Assembly: GCA_947084965.1 (NCBI GenBank)
Contig: CAMTUG010000001.1
Location: forward strand, 147,914-211,913
Direction of reading: 5' to 3'
DNA from: an uncultured Parcubacteria group bacterium
GTDB taxonomy: Bacteria > Patescibacteriota > Patescibacteriia > UBA9934 > CAMTUG01
Length of the DNA: 64,000 nt
In this document: positions 56,873 through 64,000 of the stretch, piece by piece
Layout: each line of letters starts with the position of its first letter
How positions within the stretch are numbered: position 1 is the first letter of the stretch
Program-made: the position numbers and the translations under genes
Notes under the pieces: generated by a model
Databases searched by the model: none
Seen by the model: only the letters and a program-made list of their open reading frames with translations
What the model was told of the DNA's origin: nothing

Positions 56873-56955
56873 GCCCCAACGCGGAGCAGACTTCGACCAG
56901 CGACATTAAATGACTAAAAAGATGTCGCGGGTCGATGTCTGCGGAGCGACGGGGC
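56873..56955. repeat. Palindromic element family C, copy 3 (inverted, diverged)
   Basis: Reverse complement CGCTCCGCAGACATCGACCCGCGACAT...GTCATTTAATGTCG...TCTGCTCCGCG. Confidence 0.7.
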
Positions 56956-56994
56956 CCTCTAGTGAACAAAGGGAATTTCAGCTATAATTCGGGC

Positions 56995-58983
56995 ATGTCT
57001 CACACTGCTGATTTTTTGCACCAGCACTCGGATCCTGTCCATAAACCCACTGGACGGCCGGTTTGGCCGTTTGTCTTGATGGGGGTACTCGGCCTCGTCG
57101 TTCTGTACCTGATCGTTGCCGCCCTCGGAGCGGGACGGGTGCTTGCTGCCTCGCTTGATGCCAAGGACGAAATTCGTTCTGCTCAAGAATCAGCCGCTGC
57201 GCTCGAATTTGAGGCGTCGCGTACGGCACTTGATCGAGCCAGGGATGATATTGATCGCGCTCAAGGTGGACTCATCTGGTTGCAGCCGTTGACGCTCCTT
57301 CCGTTTCTCGGCGATCAAGTTTCTGCGGTTGAACAAGTTTTGTCTGCAAGTGAGGAATTGATCCCCGCACTCACTGATGCGATTGCTATTGCCGAAGAGG
57401 TGGTGAGCGTTGTTGATCGTGCTCGCGAAATCGGAACGATCGACGTGGACGCAGAGGTGAGTTATCTAACGATGCCGGCTGATCTGCGCCGTGACCTGCT
57501 CAAAAAATTGCATCAATCCCTTCCCGAGTTTGAACGCATTCGCGCCCGGATCGCCATTGCCGAACAAGACGTCCTCGCTCTGAACGAATTGCATCTCGTC
57601 GGGCCGATCGCTGAAGCGATTGAGCCGTTTCGGATTCTCCTTCCTGAACTTGCCCAGACGATGGATCTACTGATCCCCGTTTCAGCCTTGCTTCCGGAGT
57701 TAGCTGGCACAGAAGATCCGTCGCGCTTCCTGCTCCTCTTTCAAAACAACGCTGAGTTGCGCCCGGGGGGTGGGTTTATTGGGACGATCGGTGAGTTGAC
57801 GATGAACAATGGATTGATTCAAACACTCACTTCGGAAGACGTTTATAATATTGATGGATTGGTCGAGGGGCGGGTCACGACCGCTGCACCTCCGCCATTC
57901 CCAAAATATCTCGGCGTGAATAATTGGTATTTGCGGGATGCCAACTGGTCGCCGGATTTTGCTGTTTCAGCAAGAAAGACGATCGAGTTGTACGACGCAG
58001 AGCGTGCCCTCATTGATCAGCCCGCTACGACGTATGACGGTGTGATCGGTTTTACTCCGACGTATGCTTCCGCGCTCCTTAAAATCGTCGGGCCGATTAC
58101 GATTGAAGATCAGACGTTCACCGCCGAAAACATCATCGACACCCTTGAGTATCAGGTCGAGCTCGGATTTTTAGAGTCCGGGTTGCCCCGTTCGCAACGC
58201 AAAGATGTTGTTGGTCATCTCATGGCCGAAGTCGTGGCACGTCTTCTGTCGATGCCGCTCTCAAATTGGCCGACGCTGATCGAAGCGACGCTCACGGCGC
58301 AGAGCGAAAAACAGCTCCTTGTGATGATGATCGATTCCGAATCCCAAGCGATTGTCGAAAAGGCGGGATGGGGTGGAACGCTGCATCCGAACGAGCTCGA
58401 TACGCTGTTGGTCGTCGATGCCAACCTGGCGAGTTTGAAAACGGATCCGGTCGTGGATCGTCAGATCAGCTACCGTGTTCGTCAGAACGACGAAGGTCGT
58501 CTGGTGGCGAATGTGGAGATCACCTACACCCACACCGGCAATTTTGATTGGAAGACGACCCGTTACCGAACGTACACGCGTGTTTACGTTCCGCTTGGGA
58601 GTGAATTGATTCGCACCCAAGGATTGCTCGCTAATGACAAACTAAAGAATCCGTCACTGGCCGCTGGTACCCCGGACGTCTTTACTGATCTTGGCTACAC
58701 GGTTTTTGCCGGGTTTACTTCGATCGAACCGGGGGAAATTGGGACGATCTCTTTCAGCTACTATCTGCCGGATAAGATCGCTGAGATGGTCACTTCGGGT
58801 CGATATGGATTGGACATTATTAAACAGCCAGGAGCGGCCAATCATGATTTGACGGTCGATGTTGATTTTGGTACACCGATTGTCTTCGCCTCGCCCGCAG
58901 AAGATGTTTCGCAATACGGCGACACACGGTATCTCTTGAACACTATTTTAGATCACAATAAGGGGGTTGTGGTAAGATTCTGA
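56995..58983 (+). CDS. DUF4012 domain protein
   Basis: LLLFQNNAELRPGGGFIG, RDANWSPDF, DANLASLKTD, YTRVYVPLGS, KQPG. Confidence 0.88.
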   Translation: MSHTADFLHQHSDPVHKPTGRPVWPFVLMGVLGLVVLYLIVAALGAGRVLAASLDAKDEIRSAQESAAALEFEASRTALDRARDDIDRAQGGLIWLQPLTLLPFLGDQVSAVEQVLSASEELIPALTDAIAIAEEVVSVVDRAREIGTIDVDAEVSYLTMPADLRRDLLKKLHQSLPEFERIRARIAIAEQDVLALNELHLVGPIAEAIEPFRILLPELAQTMDLLIPVSALLPELAGTEDPSRFLLLFQNNAELRPGGGFIGTIGELTMNNGLIQTLTSEDVYNIDGLVEGRVTTAAPPPFPKYLGVNNWYLRDANWSPDFAVSARKTIELYDAERALIDQPATTYDGVIGFTPTYASALLKIVGPITIEDQTFTAENIIDTLEYQVELGFLESGLPRSQRKDVVGHLMAEVVARLLSMPLSNWPTLIEATLTAQSEKQLLVMMIDSESQAIVEKAGWGGTLHPNELDTLLVVDANLASLKTDPVVDRQISYRVRQNDEGRLVANVEITYTHTGNFDWKTTRYRTYTRVYVPLGSELIRTQGLLANDKLKNPSLAAGTPDVFTDLGYTVFAGFTSIEPGEIGTISFSYYLPDKIAEMVTSGRYGLDIIKQPGAANHDLTVDVDFGTPIVFASPAEDVSQYGDTRYLLNTILDHNKGVVVRF

Positions 58984-58988
58984 CCCTT

Positions 58989-59993
58989 ATGTTCTCCAAA
59001 AAAATCGCCATCGACCTCGGAACCACGACCGTGCTGGTGTACATGCCCAAGCGCGGTATTATTATCCATGAACCGTCGGTCGTGGCTATTTCAACGATCG
59101 ATAAAAAAGTGTTGGCCGTAGGGAAAGAAGCCAAAGACATGCTCGGTCGCACTCCAGACACGATCGTGGCCAAGCGGCCGCTCAAAGACGGGGTGATTGC
59201 TGACTACAAAACAACCGAAGCGATGCTCCGTTATTTTATTAACAAAGCGCTCGGGGGGATCCGCTTGTTCCGTCCAGAAGTGATGGTCGCTGTTCCTGGC
59301 GGGATCACCTCGACCGAGCGCCGTGCAGTGATCGATGCTGCAGTTTCGGCTGGAGCCAAAGCGGCCTACATCATCAAAGAACCGATCGTCGCCGCGATCG
59401 GCGCTAACATTCCGATCGGCTCACCGAGCGGACATATGGTGATCGACATTGGTGGTGGGACGGCCGAGATGGCGGTGCTTTCGCTCGGGGGGATCGTCTC
59501 TTCTGCTTCCGTGCGCATCGGCGGGGTCAAAATTGACGCCGCGATTCAGGAATTCATTCGCCGCAAGTATGGGTTGGCGATTGGCGAGCGCACTAGCGAA
59601 GAGATTAAGATCAAAATTGGTTCAGCGATGTACCTGCCCGAAAAGATGACGCTTGAAATCAAAGGCCGCGACATGATTAGCGGTTTGCCAAAGTTTTTAG
59701 AAGTCACAAGTGACGATGTGACCGAAGCGATTCAAAACGAACTTGAGGGGATTATTGCGACGGTGAAAGAAGTGTTGCACAAAACGCCGCCGGAACTGTC
59801 TGCGGACGTGATGGACAAGGGGATCGTGCTGACCGGGGGATCATCACAGCTGCGTAATTTGGATCAGCTGATCGCCGAAGCGACCGGCGTGCCGACCTAC
59901 GTCGCGGATGAACCGCAGATGTGCGTGGCTAAGGGAACGGGGATCGCGCTCGAAAATTTGGAAGCGTACAAGCGAAGTGTATTTAGCTCTTAA
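58989..59993 (+). CDS. mreB: Rod shape-determining protein MreB
   Basis: IDLGT, EPSVVA, RPLKDGVIAD, DIGGGT, KTPPEL, LTGG. Confidence 0.96.
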   Translation: MFSKKIAIDLGTTTVLVYMPKRGIIIHEPSVVAISTIDKKVLAVGKEAKDMLGRTPDTIVAKRPLKDGVIADYKTTEAMLRYFINKALGGIRLFRPEVMVAVPGGITSTERRAVIDAAVSAGAKAAYIIKEPIVAAIGANIPIGSPSGHMVIDIGGGTAEMAVLSLGGIVSSASVRIGGVKIDAAIQEFIRRKYGLAIGERTSEEIKIKIGSAMYLPEKMTLEIKGRDMISGLPKFLEVTSDDVTEAIQNELEGIIATVKEVLHKTPPELSADVMDKGIVLTGGSSQLRNLDQLIAEATGVPTYVADEPQMCVAKGTGIALENLEAYKRSVFSS

Positions 59994-60112
59994 ATTCGAA
60001 ATACGAAATTCGAAATTCGAAATAAACTCGAATCGAAAATGGGAAGTTTGAAAATTTTCACTCCTTCCTCTTTTCCGATTGTTTCGGATCTCGGATTTCG
60101 AATTTCGTATTT
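59992..60112. repeat. Family A heptamer palindrome, copy 5
   Basis: Fills exactly the gap between the mreB TAA and the next ATG. Confidence 0.85.
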
Positions 60113-61156
60113 ATGACCACCTTTGGTATAGAAGTCAATCCTGCATCCCGCGAGCAGAAGACGGGGACCGAGTGGTACACCGTTAAGCTGGTCGAAGCGA
60201 TGCAAAAGCAGGTGCGTCCTGGCGACGAGGTACGGTTGTATTCGCGTGAGAATTTGAAATGGCCGTTCAAGCGATTATGGACTCAGCTTCGGTTGAGTTG
60301 GGAAATGCTCCGTCGTCCACCGGATGTGTTGTTCGTGCCGGCCCACGCCGTGCCGCGTGTGCATCCGAAAAAAACGGTGACGACCGTTCATGACCTAGGG
60401 TTTAAACGGTTTCCTCATTTGTATGAATCAAAGGCGCGTCGCTATTTAGAAGCGACGACCAAGTTTGCGGTAAAGAAGTGTGCAAGAATTATCACACCGT
60501 CGGAGTTTACAAAGCACGAGTTGGTCGAGTTGTATCACGCCGATCCGGACAAGATTGTCGTCACTCCGCTCGCCCCGATCATGTCTCCGCTTACCACTAA
60601 CCAATTACCACTTTCCCATACCTTTCTGACAATGTCGCGCATCGAGTCAAAAAAGAATATCGCCGCACTTATCCGCGCCTTTGAGATTTTTAAGGAGCGC
60701 CGTGGGGTAGGGGATCCGTTCGAGTTGTATCTTGCCGGCAAACCAGGATTTGGCTACGGCGCGATCAAACAGTTGATCGATCGTTCACCAGCACGGGCGT
60801 CGATTAAGGAACTCGGTTTTGTGACCGATGAACAGGCCCGCAATCTTTTTGCGAGTGCCTATGCCTATGTCTATCCTTCTTGGTACGAGGGATTTGGAAT
60901 CAGCGCCGTCGACGCCATGCAATTTGGGACGCCGATCATCGCCAGCAACATTCCAGCGCTGCACGAAGCCGCGGGCGAAGCAGCGGTGTATTTTGATCCC
61001 AACTCACCGCAAGAACTCGCTCGGCACATGTCCGAGCTGGCAGATAATCCAACGCTGCGCAATGAACTTGCACAAAAGTCTCTTGTCCAAGTCGCCCAGT
61101 TTTCTTGGGAAAAAACAGCAGAGCAGACGTGGGGAGTTTTACGTTCGTTGACTTAA
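60113..61156 (+). CDS. Glycosyltransferase family 4
   Basis: TVHDL, TPSEFTK, KKNI, YPSWYEGFG, SNIPAL. Confidence 0.9.
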   Translation: MTTFGIEVNPASREQKTGTEWYTVKLVEAMQKQVRPGDEVRLYSRENLKWPFKRLWTQLRLSWEMLRRPPDVLFVPAHAVPRVHPKKTVTTVHDLGFKRFPHLYESKARRYLEATTKFAVKKCARIITPSEFTKHELVELYHADPDKIVVTPLAPIMSPLTTNQLPLSHTFLTMSRIESKKNIAALIRAFEIFKERRGVGDPFELYLAGKPGFGYGAIKQLIDRSPARASIKELGFVTDEQARNLFASAYAYVYPSWYEGFGISAVDAMQFGTPIIASNIPALHEAAGEAAVYFDPNSPQELARHMSELADNPTLRNELAQKSLVQVAQFSWEKTAEQTWGVLRSLT

Positions 61157-61275
61157 ATTCGAAATACGAAATCCGAAATACGAAACAAATTCGAACTGGA
61201 AAAGGGAAGTTTGCAAACGTTCTCCCGTTTCCTTTTTCCGATTGTTTCGTATTTCGATATTCGGATTTCGTATTT
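61155..61275. repeat. Family A heptamer palindrome, copy 6
   Basis: AAATTCG AAATACG AAATCCG AAATACG AAACAAATTCGAA ... TTGTTTCGTATTTCGATATTCGGATTTCGTATTT. Confidence 0.88.
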
Positions 61276-61295
61276 TCCTGCTATACTAAACCTAT

Positions 61296-62066
61296 ATGGA
61301 TCAACTGACACGCGAACTGACGCATCTCGGTCTCAGTGAAAAAGAGGCGGCGGTGTATGTGGCGGCATTGCAACTCGGGCCGTCGCCGGTGCAAGAGATT
61401 TCTAAGCACGCCAAAGTCAATCGGGCGACGACCTATGTGATGATCGAAACGTTGATTCTGCGTGGACTGATTTCGAGCACGCAAAAAGACAAGAAGCGCA
61501 TCTTCATCGCCGAAGCGCCAGACCGTTTGCTCGCCATCATGCGTCTGCAAAAAAAGGAGCTGGAGGAAAAAGAATCCGAGTTGGCAAAAGTCCTTCCGAA
61601 GCTCAACGCCCTGTTTAATCGATCAGGAGAAAAGCCGGAGGTGCGCTATTTGGAAGGCCGCGAAGGGCTAGAGATGTTGCGTCGTCATTTTGAGGAATTG
61701 CAGGGCGAAACGGTGCAGATCATCGGGTATGACGCGTTTACAAAAGTGATGGAGCACGAAACGACGCATAAGCATCGTCAAGTGTTAAAAAAGAAACGTG
61801 CCCCGATTCGAGCGATTTTGGTCAGTACTCGGAGCCGTGCGGATTTGGATCCGCAGTTTCAAGAAACGCTCGGTGAGGTCTTTGAGTACCGCGTCGTTCA
61901 TCCAAAAGATTTTCCGTTCAAAGTTGAAGGGGAGGTGACGATTCGCGCGGACAAAATTCATATGTTCACCTACGCGGTTACGCCGCTGGCGGTAGAAATT
62001 CGCTCATCGGTGTTGGCAGATGCTTTGCGCGGAATGTTCGAACTTGCTTGGAAGGCCGCTAAATAA
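61296..62066 (+). CDS. TrmB-family transcriptional regulator
   Basis: LGLSEKEAAVY, VNRATTY, VRYLEG, MFELAW. Confidence 0.88.
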   Translation: MDQLTRELTHLGLSEKEAAVYVAALQLGPSPVQEISKHAKVNRATTYVMIETLILRGLISSTQKDKKRIFIAEAPDRLLAIMRLQKKELEEKESELAKVLPKLNALFNRSGEKPEVRYLEGREGLEMLRRHFEELQGETVQIIGYDAFTKVMEHETTHKHRQVLKKKRAPIRAILVSTRSRADLDPQFQETLGEVFEYRVVHPKDFPFKVEGEVTIRADKIHMFTYAVTPLAVEIRSSVLADALRGMFELAWKAAK

Positions 62067-62124
62067 CTTCGAAGGCCCCACCGAGTGAGGTGAGGCCTGT
62101 GGTCGCGGACGCGGTCGTGCGTCG

Positions 62125-62325
62125 TCAGTGCTCGAGGACCCCCTCGCCCGTTTCTGGTCCTTGCCAGATCTGCCACCCTGGCATCCGTTTGCGCACGATC
62201 GGCCGTGCGACGTCCTTTTTCCCGTAGCCGGGAAAGGATTGTGGAGACGAATCGGGAGCGGCGGCTCCGTTGTCTCCGAAGCGGATGCGCGGGGTGGGGA
62301 TTCGGGGCGGACTGGCGGCGAGCAT
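62125..62325 (-). CDS. Possible small orphan protein (66 aa)
   Basis: AAGAGG RBS, TTGACA-N17-TACCTT promoter (62429-62401), hairpin 62073-62098 downstream. Confidence 0.4.
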   Translation of the reverse strand: MLAASPPRIPTPRIRFGDNGAAAPDSSPQSFPGYGKKDVARPIVRKRMPGWQIWQGPETGEGVLEH

Positions 62326-62532
62326 GACGACCTCTTAATGGCCACTTCAGACAGGAACTGTGGCCTCACCATGGGTCGAGATGACCCAATGGGACCTGAC
62401 AAGGTAGCAAGGAATTTCGGCCGTGTCAAGCTTTCGTGACAGGAAAAGTGAAAAATTAAAGGATATAAAGGAGAAAAAATGCAATCGTGTTTGGAGATAT
62501 TGACAATCTCCCTTTAATCGTGATAGCTTCAT

Positions 62533-62610
62533 CGGTCCCGCAAGGGGCACCGCGTTTGGCCTTAAATCCAAACGTTGGGGAGCTCAAGGCCCGCCGCAAG
62601 GCGGGTTTTG
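62533..62610 (+). ncRNA. Candidate small RNA
   Basis: TTGACA at 62500 with TAGCTT; hairpins CCC-GCAA-GGG and CGTTTGG/CCAAACG; terminator GGCCCGCC-GCAA-GGCGGGTTTT. Confidence 0.45.
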
Positions 62611-62890
62611 TGTTGAAAAGCAAAAGCCTCTGCTGGGGAGAACAGAGGTTTTTGCATTCTCAGAGACAACGAAGTGGTCTTCGTTCTCTCATTCGAGCCG
62701 CCGTTTGAAGTGATCAGTGGTACCGGCTTCTGAAGCCGGTACCAGGACTGGATGTTTATGATTTTTCCTCCACACAACGCGCGAGTACTTGTTACCGGCT
62801 CCGGGAGCCGGTAACGGGTGATTCGTGCATTCTGTGGAGGAGGGGACGAGCCGTAGTGCCCGTCCCGCTCCAACGTGGGTGTGGTCTTGT

Positions 62891-64000
62891 TCAGTTCACG
62901 AGGGCCTCCTCGACTTTCGACGCCGAGATGGACACCTTGGTCATCCACTCGGCACCGAGCTTCGCCTTCAGCACCGCCTTGAGGTCCGCCACCGTCGTCG
63001 GCTTGATGAGGCCGAAGTTGACGATGCCGAGCTCCTCGAGGAGGGTCACGACCTTGCGGACCTTGCGGCCGGAGTCGAGCTTGCTCCAGGGGAACATGAT
63101 CGTCTGCGCCTTGGGGGCCTCGACGACCACTTCGGGGGTCGGGGGTTCGACGATCGGCTCCGGCGCGATCTCCTCGGCCTCGGTCTGCACCTCCTCGGTG
63201 ATGGCCTCGACCTCGTCGGTCGGGGCCGGGTTGGGGTTGATCTCCGGCTCGGGCGCCGGCGCCTGCTCCGCGGCCGGCGGGGCGTCGGTGGCCTCGTTCG
63301 CCGCGGCCGGGGCGTTGTTCTCGACGGTCGGGGCCGCGACCTTCTGGTCGTAGTACCCGGCAGCCTTGCGGATGCCGTGGCACTCCTGGCAGAAGATCGG
63401 CTTGCTCTTGTCGAGCTTGTTTTTCGACGCCGCCAGCCCCCCGCAGTCGCTGCAGTGGTAGTGGAAGTGCTGCTTGCGATCGTAGGTGCAGCACTTGCGG
63501 TAGTCCTGCGTCGGCGGGATCATCTGCTCGAACGACCACGGGACCGGCGCGGGGATCTTCTTCACCGTGCGCACGTACTCGCACTTCGCCCACTCCGCCT
63601 CGAGCTCGGCCATTCGCTCCTGCCGGGCCTCCTCGTAGTCGTCCTCGTAGTCCTCCAGCTCCTCCACGGTGTACTGGTGGACCTCACCGCCGTCGAACCC
63701 CTGCCACGGGTCCTCGTCCGCCTCGAGCACGATCGTGATCGTCGTGCGGTCGAAGTCCTCGCTGTCGTCGTCCCACTTCGACTGCACGTAGGTGATGGAC
63801 TCGATCTCGTCCACCTCGTCCTCCGTGCTCGGCTCGCGGTTCACGGCGTCGCGGATCCGCAGGCCGCCGAGGGTGTTGTCCATGTCCGCCGGGTCGAGGT
63901 TGTGGGCCTCGAGGTAGGCGATCATGGCCTGGGACAGCTTGGGGCGGCGGGCCACGCCCTTCCAGTAGTGGGCGCGGTTGCCGCCCGGGGTCTTCTCGGC
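62891..64000 (-). CDS. Acidic protein with CxxC-x17-CxxC zinc finger (5'-truncated by window edge)
   Basis: CSDC-17aa-CQEC; frame stays open from GTG 63955 to the window end; Pro/Ala/Glu-rich linker. Confidence 0.75.
   Translation of the reverse strand, partial: AEKTPGGNRAHYWKGVARRPKLSQAMIAYLEAHNLDPADMDNTLGGLRIRDAVNREPSTEDEVDEIESITYVQSKWDDDSEDFDRTTITIVLEADEDPWQGFDGGEVHQYTVEELEDYEDDYEEARQERMAELEAEWAKCEYVRTVKKIPAPVPWSFEQMIPPTQDYRKCCTYDRKQHFHYHCSDCGGLAASKNKLDKSKPIFCQECHGIRKAAGYYDQKVAAPTVENNAPAAANEATDAPPAAEQAPAPEPEINPNPAPTDEVEAITEEVQTEAEEIAPEPIVEPPTPEVVVEAPKAQTIMFPWSKLDSGRKVRKVVTLLEELGIVNFGLIKPTTVADLKAVLKAKLGAEWMTKVSISASKVEEALVN

Noticed and set aside
11138-61275. Family A repeats or the paired 62718/62791 palindromes as CRISPR arrays
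   Set aside because: Copies are dispersed or only two in number, there is no regular repeat-spacer periodicity, and no cas genes are present
62562-63593. 343-aa Arg/Gly-rich minus-strand ORF
   Set aside because: Off-frame overlap of the zinc-finger gene caused by high GC

Overview
A 64-kb bacterial chromosome segment, most likely Patescibacteria/CPR (Parcubacteria-like). This is inferred from DUF3048, DUF4012 and TrmB-type genes, an archaeal-type UMP kinase and a shortened TsaB; the genetic code is standard code 11. Most of it is housekeeping: rodA, rplY, prmC-prfA-rpmE, queA, rpsB-tsf, a gap-NDH2-pgk-eno-gpmI operon, manC, mltG, uvrD/pcrA, metK, xseAB, pyrH, rplJL, mreB and glycosyltransferases. 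The less ordinary content falls into six groups. (1) A lexA-small ORF-small ORF-dinB mutagenesis cassette with two GTTC-N7-GTTC boxes on its promoter. (2) A directly adjacent putative defence island: membrane-anchored Mrr-like nuclease, MazG + DUF2075 helicase, and an XRE/ImmA switch divergent from two uncharacterised genes. (3) An atypical tRNA with an alanine-type acceptor stem (G3:U70, A73), a non-Ala anticodon loop, and an enclosing inverted repeat. (4) Unannotated structured RNA candidates with their own promoters and terminators (about 7650-7975 and 62530-62870). (5) At least five or six distinct families of dispersed palindromic mini-elements filling intergenic gaps, two of which have entered coding sequence. 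(6) Strong CGATCG (HIP1-like) enrichment, plus GC-rich orphan genes on the minus strand, each with its own promoter and hairpin. All calls come from reading sequence and motifs by eye; no database searches were run.
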